Below, one piece after another: positions 48,037-58,341 of a stretch of 64,000 nt of DNA. Origin of the DNA: an uncultured Pseudomonadota bacterium (GTDB lineage Bacteria > Oederibacteriota > Muellerivitia > Muellerivitales > Muellerivitaceae). The translations under genes and the position numbers were made by a program. The stretch spans positions 64,001 through 128,000 of the forward strand of contig CAVYRH010000010.1 of NCBI GenBank assembly GCA_963770835.1. Reading direction: 5' to 3'. Below the pieces are notes generated by a model. That model saw only the letters and a list, made by a program, of their open reading frames with translations, was not told where the DNA came from and made no database searches. Positions within the stretch are counted from its first letter, which is position 1; every line of letters begins with the position of its first letter.

Positions 48037-48270
48037 ATGGCTAATCCCTATATTTCCGATCCGAAGGATGTTGAGCTGGAAGCCGCCGTCAGCCGCGCGG
48101 TGCGCGGGTTGGGGCTGGGAATCCACGTCGGCGTCAAGGGCGGTCACGTGACCGTTTCCGGCATTGTGGACGATTTTGAAACCAAGCGGGACATCCTGAC
48201 CGTTGTCCGGGGTGTTGCGGGCGGTCACACCATTACCAATAATGTCCGGGTGGCGCGCGTGGCAGACTAA
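48037..48270 (+). CDS. BON-domain protein
   Basis: IHVGVKGGHVTVSG.V...V.G...ITNNVRV; GGAGG RBS. Confidence 0.82.
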   Translation: MANPYISDPKDVELEAAVSRAVRGLGLGIHVGVKGGHVTVSGIVDDFETKRDILTVVRGVAGGHTITNNVRVARVAD

Positions 48271-48420
48271 GAATATTTCTCCGTTTCCTTTAATTTTAAA
48301 AAAGGAAAATTCCTGCGCAGCGCTTGTTGGCTGTCATTTGCCTCTCAACATTTGATGAAACTCCCTCGTCGATAAGGTATACTTTCGCCTTTCCGTGACA
48401 TTTTCCTTGGAGGAATCGAC

Positions 48421-48885
48421 ATGATTTACCGCTATGTGGTCATAGGTTTGGTGGTCTTGGTAGGAATCGGCTTGTGGGTAACGGCCTGCGCCAAAAAGGA
48501 TCAGGGTGGAAACGCCTCCACAACGGCGACCTCTTCGGGGGGCGCCACCATTACGACCGCCTCGGGCCTTCAATACGTCGTTTTAAAGGAAGGGGACGGA
48601 CCTGTCGCCACGGCCGGCAAAATGGTGTCGGTGCATTACACCGGCTGGCTGACGAACGGGACCAAATTCGACAGTTCGGTGGACCGGGGCCAACCCTTTC
48701 AGTTCGGCTTGGGCCAGGGCCAAGTCATCAAGGGTTGGGATGAGGGCGTGGCCGGCATGAAGGTCGGTGAAAAGCGGAAACTGATTATCCCCTCCAACCT
48801 GGGATACGGCGAGCGGGGCGCGGGCAACGTGATTCCGCCCAATTCCACCCTTGTCTTCGACGTCGAACTTCTGGGCATTCAGTAA
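48421..48885 (+). CDS. FKBP-type peptidyl-prolyl isomerase
   Basis: [32 protein letters not shown]. Confidence 0.96.
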   Translation: MIYRYVVIGLVVLVGIGLWVTACAKKDQGGNASTTATSSGGATITTASGLQYVVLKEGDGPVATAGKMVSVHYTGWLTNGTKFDSSVDRGQPFQFGLGQGQVIKGWDEGVAGMKVGEKRKLIIPSNLGYGERGAGNVIPPNSTLVFDVELLGIQ

Positions 48886-48982
48886 CCGGGTTAAATATTA
48901 AGTAAAGGATGATCGCCCTATGCAAATTTTGATTTTGAAAAGCGGTATTGATACGGGAATTTGCATGGGCATCCAGTAAACC

Positions 48983-50080
48983 TTGCCCTCCTCCCCCGTG
49001 AAGTGCATCGGCATCCTGACTGGCGGCGGAGACTGCCCCGGCCTGAACGCGGTTATCCGCGCGGTCGTCAAAAGCGCGTCCCAAAGCAAGACCGACGTCA
49101 TCGGCATCCGGGACGGTTTCCTGGGACTGGTGGAAAGAAACATGCGGATTTTGGGTCTTGAGGACGTTTCCAATATCCTTACCCTGGGGGGAACCATCCT
49201 CGGGTCTTCCAACAAGGACAACCCTTTCCACATGCTGGAAAAAAACGCCGCGGGCAAGGTGCATTCCCGCGACCGAAGCAAGGAAATCCCCAAGACCCTC
49301 CAACGCCTTGGCGTGGAAGCCTTGGTCGTATTGGGGGGCGACGGCAGCATGACGGTGGCCAATAAGCTCGCCGCCATGGGCGTCAAGATCGTGGGTGTTC
49401 CCAAGACCATCGACAACGATTTGGTGGGCACGGACCAGACTTTCGGCTACGACACGGCGGTTTCGGTGGCCACGGAGGCCGTCGACCGGCTTCACACGGT
49501 GGCCGATTCGCACCACCGGGTCATTGTCGTCGAGGTCATGGGGCGCTACGCCGGCTGGCTGGCCCTGGGAGCGGGCATCGCGGGCGGGGGGGACATCATC
49601 CTTATCCCCGAGATGCCCTACGACGAGAAGAAGGTTGGCGAAGCCATCTGGGGCAGGCGTAAGAAGGGCAAGAAAAGCAGCATCATCGTTGTCGCCGAGG
49701 GCGCCCATTCCAAGGGTGGCAAGATGGTGGTTGACCGCATCAATCCCCTTTCGGAGGAAAGGATCCGCTTGGGCGGAGTCAGCCGTGAACTGGCCCACCA
49801 TCTGGAAACCAAATCCGGCGTTGAAACCCGATCGGTCATTTTGGGACACGTGGTGCGGGGCGGCTGCCCTACGGCCTTTGACCGCAACCTGGCCACCCTT
49901 TTCGGGGTCCATGCCATGGAACTGGTCTTGAAGGGCCAGTTCGGCCGGATGGTGGCCCTGCGGAATACCCGGATGTCCTCGGTACCGCTATCCGAGGTCG
50001 GGGGAAAGGTCCGCAAGGTGCCCTTGGACCATGGATGGATCAAGGCGGCCCAAAGCATCGGCGTCGAATTCGGGGTCTAA
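48983..50080 (+). CDS. pfkA: 6-phosphofructokinase (GGDG, PKTIDND type)
   Basis: TGGGDCPGLN, GGDGS, PKTIDND, EVMGR. Confidence 0.95.
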   Translation: MPSSPVKCIGILTGGGDCPGLNAVIRAVVKSASQSKTDVIGIRDGFLGLVERNMRILGLEDVSNILTLGGTILGSSNKDNPFHMLEKNAAGKVHSRDRSKEIPKTLQRLGVEALVVLGGDGSMTVANKLAAMGVKIVGVPKTIDNDLVGTDQTFGYDTAVSVATEAVDRLHTVADSHHRVIVVEVMGRYAGWLALGAGIAGGGDIILIPEMPYDEKKVGEAIWGRRKKGKKSSIIVVAEGAHSKGGKMVVDRINPLSEERIRLGGVSRELAHHLETKSGVETRSVILGHVVRGGCPTAFDRNLATLFGVHAMELVLKGQFGRMVALRNTRMSSVPLSEVGGKVRKVPLDHGWIKAAQSIGVEFGV

Positions 50081-50083
50081 AAA

Positions 50084-50188
50084 ATTTTAAATTTTGAATG
50101 TTAAATTTTGAATTCCGGCCAATTTTCATTTGGCGAATCAAATGGAAATTTTCAATCATTTAAAATTAAGAATTTAGAATTCAAAATT
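50084..50188. repeat. AT-rich heptamer repeats in inverted blocks
   Basis: TTTTGAA/TGTTAAA units and reverse complements. Confidence 0.6.
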
Positions 50189-50672
50189 GAGGATCTCTTT
50201 GACGGCTGATGAAATTATTAACCAGTTGAAGCTGAAGCCCCATCCCGAGGGAGGTTATTACCGGGAAACCTACCGCAGTCCGGACATTCCGGGTTCCAAC
50301 CCTCGACGGGCCTACTCCACGGCCATTTATTACCTTTTGGTTCCAGGCTCGGTGTCCAAGATGCACCGGCTCACGGCGGATGAAGTATTCCATTTTTACA
50401 TGGGCGACCCAGTGACCTGGATTTTGTTGTCCCCGGAAGGTAATGTGAAGAAAATCATCCTGGGGCAGGACATCAAAAGGGGCCATCAATTGCAGATGGT
50501 GTTATCCGCCGGAACGTGGTTTGGAGGCTTTTTGAACGAAGGCGGACAATATGCCTTGATGGGGACCACCGTAGCACCCGGCTTTGAGTTTAAGGACTTT
50601 GTCCTCGGCAAGCGGGATGAGCTTTTAAAGGCCTTTCCAAAGGCCGAAAAGGAAATAATCGGGCTGACGTGA
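50187..50672 (+). CDS. Cupin_5 (DUF985) protein
   Basis: PHPEGGYYRETYRS, TAIYYLL, VAPGFEF.DF. Confidence 0.92.
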   Translation: MRISLTADEIINQLKLKPHPEGGYYRETYRSPDIPGSNPRRAYSTAIYYLLVPGSVSKMHRLTADEVFHFYMGDPVTWILLSPEGNVKKIILGQDIKRGHQLQMVLSAGTWFGGFLNEGGQYALMGTTVAPGFEFKDFVLGKRDELLKAFPKAEKEIIGLT

Positions 50673-50738
50673 AACCTCAAGGCGGCTGAAACAGTAATAT
50701 ATAGTGAGGCTCGAGTTTTTAACTCCAAGGAGGATGAA

Positions 50739-51155
50739 GTGAAAAAGTTATTGGCGTTTCTTTTGGCGGTAGGTTTTATGGCGGCTTATTCGATTGGAAG
50801 AGCCGATGACATGGCCATGGATAAGGGCGACAAGGCTAAGAAAGTGACCCTCACCGGGACCCTCGTGGATGTGGCTTGTTATTTGGACGACGGCGACACC
50901 GGAAACGACCATGGCGGCATGAAAGCCTGTGGTACGGATTGCTTGAAGGGCGGGAGCCCGGCGGGCCTCCTGGTGGACAAGAAACTTTATATCCTGGTCT
51001 TCCCGGCCCCGGTTTTGAAAGACTACGTGGGGCAGCAATTGGAACTAACGGGGATGGATTACGGCTCCGGCAATTTTATTCCTTCCAAGGCCGCGGTGGT
51101 GGACAAGTCCGGAAAGAAGAAAGAAATCATCATCAAGGGCAAGGCGATGATGTAA
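50739..51155 (+). CDS. Secreted protein with conserved Cys/His motif
   Basis: Signal peptide; G.LVD..CY...H...C...C.KGG.P.GLL. Confidence 0.75.
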   Translation: MKKLLAFLLAVGFMAAYSIGRADDMAMDKGDKAKKVTLTGTLVDVACYLDDGDTGNDHGGMKACGTDCLKGGSPAGLLVDKKLYILVFPAPVLKDYVGQQLELTGMDYGSGNFIPSKAAVVDKSGKKKEIIIKGKAMM

Positions 51156-51198
51156 AAGCAGTTGGCGGTTGACGGTCCACAGTCGACAGGTAAGTCCT

Positions 51199-51233
51199 AA
51201 AAACACCTTGGGTAAAGTCCAAGGTGTTTTTTT
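51199..51233 (+). terminator. Intrinsic terminator
   Basis: AAAAACACCTTGG...CCAAGGTGTTTTTTT. Confidence 0.8.
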
Positions 51234-51268
51234 ATTTAAGGAGGGGGGAAGACCTGTAAAATGCGGGC

Positions 51269-52051
51269 ATGATTAACGGCTTGCCCCGCCAACAACTTAA
51301 GCACTTTCTTTCTGTGGCCCGGGTTGCCGCCCAAAAAGGCGGACAAAGGGCGTCGAAATACTTCCGTAAAAACATCGCCATCGTCAAGAAGGTAGACCGC
51401 TCGCCCGTTACCCGGGCAGACCGCGAGGCGGAACAGGTTATCCGGGGGATCCTCCAAAAAACCTTCCCCACGCACCAGTTGTGCGGCGAAGAATATGGTT
51501 GGGATAAGAACCTTCAAACCGACTTCAAATGGTGGATTGATCCCGTGGACGGTACCTGCCAGTTCATCCGAGGTATCCCTTTTTGGGGGACGCTCGTGGC
51601 GCTGGAATACCGGGGGGAAGTGGTGGCGGGCGTCATCCATCATCCCGCCATAGGCTTGACCCTTTGGGCAGCCAAGGGGATGGGCTGCTATGCCAACGGC
51701 CAAAAGGCCCATGTTTCTAAGATTCCAAACCTGAAAGGGGGCACCCTTACCTATGGGGGTTTGCGCCTCACCCCCGTGTCCTATAGGAGGAAGCTGACAG
51801 ACCTGATCGCCACCTGCTACGACGACCGGGCTTTTGGGGACTGCTTTGGGCATTCCCTGGTCATCCAAGGCATGGTAGAAGCCATGTTGGACCCGGTGGT
51901 GAAGCCTTACGACGTGGCGGCCATCAAGATTTGCGTGGAAGAGGCTGGCGGCCGGTTTACCGACCTCAAGGGCAAGGGAACCATTTATGGCGGGAACGCG
52001 CTGTCCAGCAACGGCCTGGTCCATTCCCAAATCCTGAAGGTTGTCCGGTAA
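51269..52051 (+). CDS. Inositol monophosphatase family, HisN-like
   Basis: SPVT.AD, GEEYG, WWIDPVDGT, YDVAA. Confidence 0.88.
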   Translation: MINGLPRQQLKHFLSVARVAAQKGGQRASKYFRKNIAIVKKVDRSPVTRADREAEQVIRGILQKTFPTHQLCGEEYGWDKNLQTDFKWWIDPVDGTCQFIRGIPFWGTLVALEYRGEVVAGVIHHPAIGLTLWAAKGMGCYANGQKAHVSKIPNLKGGTLTYGGLRLTPVSYRRKLTDLIATCYDDRAFGDCFGHSLVIQGMVEAMLDPVVKPYDVAAIKICVEEAGGRFTDLKGKGTIYGGNALSSNGLVHSQILKVVR

Positions 52052-52092
52052 GGCTATAATAAAAGCAGTCCTAAATACCAAGGAGGCCGCCC

Positions 52093-52359
52093 ATGGGCAA
52101 CTGGCATGACCCTCACAGTCTCATCGGAATCGTTTTGGTTGGGATTTTAACGGGCTGGCTGGCCAGTAAACTGGTCCACGGAAAGGGAATGGGCATCATT
52201 CCCGATATGGTGGTGGGCATCCTCGGAGCCCTCTTGGGGGGCTTTCTCGCCAATTTCTTCCACATTCCCATGGATAACGCTCTGGAGACCTTCGGCGTTT
52301 ATGTTTTGGGCTCAGTGGTTTTGCTGGTCGGCATCCGGCTGCTGAAACCCGCGAATTAA
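52093..52359 (+). CDS. GlsB/YeaQ/YmgE family membrane protein
   Basis: G..TGWLAS.L..G.G.G...D.VVGILGALLGG. Confidence 0.9.
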   Translation: MGNWHDPHSLIGIVLVGILTGWLASKLVHGKGMGIIPDMVVGILGALLGGFLANFFHIPMDNALETFGVYVLGSVVLLVGIRLLKPAN

Positions 52360-52369
52360 CGGACAGGCC

Positions 52370-52993
52370 ATGTACGTTCCCCCCTCCTTTCGGGAAGACC
52401 AACCCGAGAAACTTTATGAATTCATCAAGTCCTATAGTTTTGGAACGCTTTTTTCCGGCGCGGAAAGTAACCTGCAAGCCAGCCATTTGCCCTTTTTGCT
52501 CGATGAAAAAGCGGGAACCCAAGGCATATTGACCGGCCATATGGCCAAGGCCAATACCCATTGGCAGACCCTTTCGGACAAGGAAGTGTTGGTGGTTTTC
52601 CAGGGGCCCCATGTTTATATCTCGCCTAGTTGGTACGAAGAACCCGAGACCGTGCCCAACTGGAACTATGTGGCGGTGCATGTTTACGGGAAATATGTTT
52701 CAGTCACGGACGAAAACAAACTCTGGCAGATTTTGGAAAAAACGGTCGGAGTCTACGAAGCCGCCATGCCAAAGCCCTGGGATATGAAGGAACTGCCGGA
52801 AGCTTTTTTTGAAAAGATGCTGAAGATGATCGTCGGGTTTGAAATCCCGATTAGCCGTATCGAGGGCAAGTGGAAGCTCAGCCAAAACCATTCGGAAACC
52901 AGGCGCCAAAAGGTCGTCCAAGCCTTGGAGAAACAGGGAAAGCCCAACGGCTTGGAAATCGCAAGGCTGATGGCCCCAAAGGATAAATCATGA
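52370..52993 (+). CDS. PaiB family FMN-binding protein
   Basis: MYVP..F, GHMAKAN, YISPSWY, VPNWNY, GKWKLSQN. Confidence 0.92.
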   Translation: MYVPPSFREDQPEKLYEFIKSYSFGTLFSGAESNLQASHLPFLLDEKAGTQGILTGHMAKANTHWQTLSDKEVLVVFQGPHVYISPSWYEEPETVPNWNYVAVHVYGKYVSVTDENKLWQILEKTVGVYEAAMPKPWDMKELPEAFFEKMLKMIVGFEIPISRIEGKWKLSQNHSETRRQKVVQALEKQGKPNGLEIARLMAPKDKS

Positions 52994-53730
52994 TCCGCAA
53001 GAAGAAAGTCGTGGTGGTCATGCCCGCCTACAACGCGGCCAAGACCTTGAAGAAGACCTACGATGAAGTGGATAAGGACATTGTGGATGAAATGATCCTA
53101 GTGGATGACGCCAGTCGGGATGAAACCGTTAAGCTGGCCAAGAAACTCAAAATCCAGACCCTGGTGCATCCCCAAAACCGGGGTTACGGCGGCAACCAGA
53201 AAACCTGTTATGCCGCGGCTTTGAAGCGCAAGGCGGACATCGTCATCATGCTTCATCCGGACTACCAATATACGCCCAAGCTGATACCCGCCATGGCCCA
53301 TATGCTGGCTTGCGGGGAATATGACGTGGTGCTGGGTTCCCGCATTTTGGGCGGGCAAGCCTTGAAGGGCGGTATGCCGCTTTACAAGTACATCAGCAAC
53401 CGATTTTTGACATTCACCCAAAACGTCCTCATGGGAGCCAAGTTATCCGAATACCACACGGGCTACCGGGCCTTTACCCGCCAGGTTTTGGAGGCCCTAC
53501 CTTTGGAAAAGAATTCAGATGACTTCATCTTTGATAACCAAATGCTTTCGCAGATCCATTACTTGGGTTTCCGCATCGCGGAGGTTACCTGCCCCGCCAA
53601 GTACTTCGCTGAGGCTTCCTCCATCAATTTCGTCCGTAGTACGAAATATGGGTTGGGATGTCTTTGGACGGCCCTGCAATTCCGTTTGAGTAGGATGGGA
53701 TTTGGATTTGATCTTTTTAAGTTCAAATAA
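52990..53730 (+). CDS. Glycosyltransferase family 2
   Basis: VVMPAYN, VDDAS.D, GYGGNQKTCY, HPDYQY. Confidence 0.93.
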   Translation: MIRKKKVVVVMPAYNAAKTLKKTYDEVDKDIVDEMILVDDASRDETVKLAKKLKIQTLVHPQNRGYGGNQKTCYAAALKRKADIVIMLHPDYQYTPKLIPAMAHMLACGEYDVVLGSRILGGQALKGGMPLYKYISNRFLTFTQNVLMGAKLSEYHTGYRAFTRQVLEALPLEKNSDDFIFDNQMLSQIHYLGFRIAEVTCPAKYFAEASSINFVRSTKYGLGCLWTALQFRLSRMGFGFDLFKFK

Positions 53731-53785
53731 ATTTTAAAATTTTTGAGTTCGTTTTGTTGAGCAACTCAAAGAGAAAGAATCTCGA

Positions 53786-54760
53786 ATGAAAATATTTTAT
53801 TTCATACTTAAAACCTTCTTTTTCTTTGCTTTCTCAATTTCTAATGTTTGGAGCGATGACACTTACTTTGGTGGCGTTGGAACTTCGGTTTTTCCTTCAA
53901 AAAAAACTAATGTCAGAATGGTCTCTGAAATGGTCCGCCTAAAATACCAGGCCGGATTGAGATTTGATGGAACCGTTTTTGCAGATTGCGACTTTTATTT
54001 TATTAGTCCCGAAAGCGACGATGACATAACTATGGGGTTTCCTGCTGAGCCTTATGAAGGTCCGGATGATGAAGATAAACCCGATCTTTCCCATTTGCTG
54101 ATCAGAAACTTCACTGTTTCTGTCGATGGACAGAAAACGAGCTTTGAACTAAAGAAAATATCAAAAAGAAAAGGCTTGGATTTTGAGTACGCGTTTTTGT
54201 GGGAAGTAAAACTACCTAAAGGCAAGATCGTTCATCTACATCACACCTACGATTACAAGGATAGTGGCGATAGCATCGGTCAATCTTGGGTTTCTTACAT
54301 CCTGAAGTCTGGAGCATTGTGGAATGGTTCGATTGAAAAAGCTGAAATTGTTTTGGACATGGATAAAAGTGTTGATAAGGCTGACATTCAGTCTATCCAA
54401 CCTGATGGCTACTATATGAATAATGGAACAATTCACTGGGTCTTTAAAAATTTCAAACCTTTTAAAGATATTTTGGTCAAATTTAAGACAGGTGAATACA
54501 AGCTCAAACAAATTTCCGGCTTTATGACAGGCCTTCAGGATAAAACCTCCCAAGAATTGCGACTAATGAGAAATGAAGTTTATGCTAGACATGGCATGGC
54601 TTTTAATTCCAAGGATCTGCAAGAATATTTTTCTAAACAGTCTTGGTATCAGCCAATTGATAATTTTTCACTGGATATGCTTTCTCCAGAGGAGAAAAAG
54701 TTTATTTTGGATATAGAAACAATCGAAAAGAAAAAAGACCCATTGAAGACTAATCGTTAA
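53786..54760 (+). CDS. Secreted DUF4424-like plus YARHG domain protein (AT-rich)
   Basis: YILKSGALWNGSI; LRLMRNEVYARHG..F. Confidence 0.85.
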   Translation: MKIFYFILKTFFFFAFSISNVWSDDTYFGGVGTSVFPSKKTNVRMVSEMVRLKYQAGLRFDGTVFADCDFYFISPESDDDITMGFPAEPYEGPDDEDKPDLSHLLIRNFTVSVDGQKTSFELKKISKRKGLDFEYAFLWEVKLPKGKIVHLHHTYDYKDSGDSIGQSWVSYILKSGALWNGSIEKAEIVLDMDKSVDKADIQSIQPDGYYMNNGTIHWVFKNFKPFKDILVKFKTGEYKLKQISGFMTGLQDKTSQELRLMRNEVYARHGMAFNSKDLQEYFSKQSWYQPIDNFSLDMLSPEEKKFILDIETIEKKKDPLKTNR

Positions 54761-54780
54761 ATTTGAAGAACGGAGTCACC

Positions 54781-56271
54781 GTGTCCAAACTGATCCTAGC
54801 CATTGACCAAGGCACCACCGGCACACGGACCTACCTCTTTGACCATTCCGGCAAAGTGGTAGGGAGTGCCTACCAGGAATTTACCCAATATTTCCCTAAG
54901 CCGGGTTGGGTGGAGCATGATGCCAATGAGATTTGGCGGACGGTCGAAGAAACGGGGAAGAAAGCCCTAAAGTCTGCAAGCATAAAGCCCTCCCAAGTAA
55001 GGGCCATTGGCATTACAAACCAGCGGGAAACCACTGTTATTTGGGACAGAAAAACCGGCAAGCCTATCCATCGCGCCATTGTCTGGCAATGCCGCCGGAC
55101 GGCCCACCGCTGCGATCAGTTGAAGGCCCAAGGCAAAGAAAAGCTGTTTCTGAACAAGACGGGCCTGATGATCGACGCTTATTTTTCCGGCACGAAGGTA
55201 GAATGGCTTCTTCAAAACGTTCTGGGAGCCGCTCAAAAGGCGGCGAAGGGTGGGCTTGTCTTCGGAACGATCGACACATGGCTCTTATGGAACCTCACAG
55301 GCGGCCAATCCCATGCCACTGACTATTCCAATGCCTCCCGCACGCTTCTTTTTAATATCCGGAGCAAGCAATGGGACTCCCAATTGTTGAAAATCCTGCA
55401 TATGCCGGCCGCACTTTTGCCGAAGGTACAGGCTTCCGCCAGCCAATTTGGGGCCACTTCAGCCCGCAGTTACCTCGGCTCAGGGATTCCTATTACCGGC
55501 ATCGTGGGAGACCAGCAAGCGGCCCTTTTTGGACAGGGTTGCCATGAGCCCGGCAGCTTGAAAAGCACTTATGGTACAGGTTGTTTCCTGCTCTTAAACT
55601 TGGGAAAGAAATTTATTCTCTCCAAAAACAAACTTTTAACGACATTGGCTTGCGATGGCAAGGGCCAGCCGGTCTATGCCCTGGAAGGGTCAGTTTTTAT
55701 TGGGGGGGCGGCGGTTCAATGGATCAGGGATGGCTTAGGACTCATTAAGACCGCGCCGGAGTCCGAAACCATCGCGAAAAAAGTTGCGAATACGGGCGGG
55801 GTTTACCTGGTTCCGGCTTTTGTGGGGTTAGGTGCTCCCTATTGGGATGCCCACGCCCGCGGGGCCCTCGTCGGAATAACCCGTGGAACGAAAAGGGAAC
55901 ATGTGGTCCGGGCAACCCTGGAATCCATGGCTTATCAATCGAAGGACTTGGTTGATGCCATGTTGAAGGATTCCAATTTGAAATTGAAAGAGCTTCGGGT
56001 GGATGGCGGAGCCTGCAAAAACAACATGCTCATGCAATTCCAAGCCGACATTCTCAAAGTCAAAATCAACCGCCCCAAAGTGGTGGAAACCACCGCCATG
56101 GGCGCAGCCTTCCTGGCGGGATTGCAGATTGGTTATTGGAAGAATAGTGCTGAAATCCAAAAGATCCGTAGAGTGGATAAAATGTTCCAACCAAAAATGA
56201 AGGACAACATGAGAAAGCATTTGTGGGGCGGTTGGAAAGCAGCGATTCAGCATGTGTTAACTAAGAATTAA
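54781..56271 (+). CDS. glpK: Glycerol kinase
   Basis: IDQGTT, ITNQRET, DAYFSGTK, GDQQAALFGQ, YALEGS. Confidence 0.97.
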   Translation: MSKLILAIDQGTTGTRTYLFDHSGKVVGSAYQEFTQYFPKPGWVEHDANEIWRTVEETGKKALKSASIKPSQVRAIGITNQRETTVIWDRKTGKPIHRAIVWQCRRTAHRCDQLKAQGKEKLFLNKTGLMIDAYFSGTKVEWLLQNVLGAAQKAAKGGLVFGTIDTWLLWNLTGGQSHATDYSNASRTLLFNIRSKQWDSQLLKILHMPAALLPKVQASASQFGATSARSYLGSGIPITGIVGDQQAALFGQGCHEPGSLKSTYGTGCFLLLNLGKKFILSKNKLLTTLACDGKGQPVYALEGSVFIGGAAVQWIRDGLGLIKTAPESETIAKKVANTGGVYLVPAFVGLGAPYWDAHARGALVGITRGTKREHVVRATLESMAYQSKDLVDAMLKDSNLKLKELRVDGGACKNNMLMQFQADILKVKINRPKVVETTAMGAAFLAGLQIGYWKNSAEIQKIRRVDKMFQPKMKDNMRKHLWGGWKAAIQHVLTKN

Positions 56272-56831
56272 TTGTGATTTCTATTTTTGAGTGATTTTTC
56301 AAGAACGGCTAATATTTCATTTTCCTCAACCGTCGTCGGTTGGACATTCAAACAGGTTTTTCTTCCCACCACTTGCGGATTAAAGACGATCACCTTCACC
56401 AATGTTTCCTCCGAGCCTTGTGGAATGATGTGCAATTGAAAATCGGCTGTATATTCCACAGGCCTTCCCAACCAATCCGTGTACACCGTTGATTTGCAAA
56501 CCGGGGTTTGATTGCAGCTGATGTAAACGTCATTTTCGTTCACGGGATTTTTAAATATTTTTATCCCGTCTGGATGGTGGTCGCCCTTCCAATACAAAGT
56601 AAACAGCGCTGGAAAATTGGACGGATTTTTGAAAATATTTTGAGGATCATCTTTAAAAATTTCGTTGATGGCCTTTTGAACCTGATAGACCGATCCTTTA
56701 AGGACCACTTGAGTCGGGAAGGGTTGGGCCGGAAGATTCGTATTTACTGCCAATTGGCCACATCCGGAAAGCGCTAAAACCATTAAAAATAGCCAGTTTT
56801 TGAAGGCTTTTACGGTCCGAAAAGACTCCAA
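56268..56831 (-). CDS. Putative lipoprotein (AT-rich)
   Basis: LALSGC lipobox; start uncertain. Confidence 0.65.
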   Translation of the reverse strand: MESFRTVKAFKNWLFLMVLALSGCGQLAVNTNLPAQPFPTQVVLKGSVYQVQKAINEIFKDDPQNIFKNPSNFPALFTLYWKGDHHPDGIKIFKNPVNENDVYISCNQTPVCKSTVYTDWLGRPVEYTADFQLHIIPQGSEETLVKVIVFNPQVVGRKTCLNVQPTTVEENEILAVLEKSLKNRNHN

Positions 56832-56933
56832 AATCCACCTCCCCTTCCTAGAATCCCTGAAACCGGCTTCATTTTACACTGTCTTGAGGTTTCAGCCCCC
56901 ATGTAAATTCCCCTATTTTTCAACAAAATCCGC

Positions 56934-56995
56934 TTGACGGCATCCGTAAGTGGGCCAATAATGGCGCGAAGTGGGAAAAAGTGGGTTAAAGTGGT
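56934..56995 (+). promoter_or_regulatory. dcw promoter with MraZ-binding repeats
   Basis: TTGACG-N17-AATAAT; GTGG(G/T) at 56971, 56981, 56991 (10-bp period) and 56950. Confidence 0.8.
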
Positions 56996-57041
56996 GAAAA
57001 GTCAAAAACCCTTTATTTTGCTGGGAAAAGTGGAGACTTAA

Positions 57042-57500
57042 GTGTTCCGAGGGATCTTTCACAATTCATTGGATGAAAAGGGCCGGACCAGCATCCCGGC
57101 GCGGTTCCGCGAACAAATCCGTGACGGCCATGAAACACCCCTGGTTTTGACCCTGGGTTTCGACCAATGCCTTTTTCTGTACCCCATGGACGCTTGGAAA
57201 AAGATCGAGGAGAAGCTGGCCTCCCTGGACACCTTGAACGCCGAGGTCCGCCAGTTCCAGCGCACGATCCTCAAAGCTACCGACGAAGTGGAGATGGACC
57301 AGCAAGGACGAATTGTGATTTCGCCGGTGTTGCGGAAGGAAGCGGGCATCAACAAGAGCGTGGTGGTCGTAGGGATGCTTCACCGCATCGAAATTTGGGA
57401 CAAGGAAAAATACGAGAACTACCACGCGCAAACGACTCAATCACTCGAACTTTTAGGGCAAAAGCTCTCTGACAAGGGCATTCAATCATTAACGCTTTAA
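57042..57500 (+). CDS. mraZ: Division/cell wall cluster repressor MraZ
   Basis: MFRG...LDEKGR..IP; D.QGRI; RIEIWD. Confidence 0.96.
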   Translation: MFRGIFHNSLDEKGRTSIPARFREQIRDGHETPLVLTLGFDQCLFLYPMDAWKKIEEKLASLDTLNAEVRQFQRTILKATDEVEMDQQGRIVISPVLRKEAGINKSVVVVGMLHRIEIWDKEKYENYHAQTTQSLELLGQKLSDKGIQSLTL

Positions 57501-57566
57501 CAAGGAACGGTGGGCGACCCTGAAAGGCGCCCAATCCGGTCCCACGGTTCCTTCGGAGGTTGGCAG

Positions 57567-57920
57567 ATGGAAATCGGAATCGAGATAAAGGAAAGGTTCT
57601 CCTTGGTCCACGTGAACGGGGACATGAGTGAGGACGACCTTGGGAAACTGGGGAATGCGATCGAAACATTGATGAAGAAAGGCTATCTGCACGTGGTTTT
57701 GGACTTGGCCGACGTTTCGTTCATGAACGCCAAAGGGTTGGGGGCCCTGGTCAATCACTGGACCCATGTGCGCTTCAAGAGGGGGGATCTCCGGATCGTG
57801 GGGCTCAACAGCCGCCTCATGCATCTTTTCCGGGTCATGGGCGTGGACGCCCTGTTCGACGTCTACCAGGACGTCGGGGAAATGATGGAGAAAACCGGGC
57901 GGATGCCAGCTGTCGCCTAA
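57567..57920 (+). CDS. STAS-domain protein
   Basis: VVLDLADVSFMNAKGLGAL; GDLRIVGL...LF...G. Confidence 0.85.
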   Translation: MEIGIEIKERFSLVHVNGDMSEDDLGKLGNAIETLMKKGYLHVVLDLADVSFMNAKGLGALVNHWTHVRFKRGDLRIVGLNSRLMHLFRVMGVDALFDVYQDVGEMMEKTGRMPAVA

Positions 57921-58005
57921 CGACAGTTCGCAGTCGGCAGCCGACAGTTCGCAGTTTTGAAAACTTATAACGAATAACTTAAAACCGAAACTCCCGGAGG
58001 GGAAA

Positions 58006-58341
58006 GTGGCCGTTTACACAACCAACGAAACCATCACCGTGCTGCGATTGTCAGGTGACGTCAGCATTTCCGACATGGACGCCCTGCTCCGGAAAATGAC
58101 GGATTTGGTTTTGGAGAACAAAAACAAGGTCGTCTTGAATTTCCGCCAGGTGAAGCACGTTTCACTCAACGCCATCTCGAAGCTGGCCGAACGGAACCAG
58201 CGTTTCAAGGGCCTTGGCGGGGAAATCAAACTGGCCGGGCTGATTCCCTACGTGGCCAACCTCTTCAAACTGGTCGGGGCTTATTCCAGCTTCGACGTGG
58301 TTTTGGATGAGGAAGAAGCCGTCGCCCGCTTTGAAAGCTGA
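58006..58341 (+). CDS. STAS-domain protein
   Basis: VLRLSGD, VVLNFRQV, GGEIKLAGL...LFKLVG, EEEAVARF. Confidence 0.85.
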   Translation: MAVYTTNETITVLRLSGDVSISDMDALLRKMTDLVLENKNKVVLNFRQVKHVSLNAISKLAERNQRFKGLGGEIKLAGLIPYVANLFKLVGAYSSFDVVLDEEEAVARFES

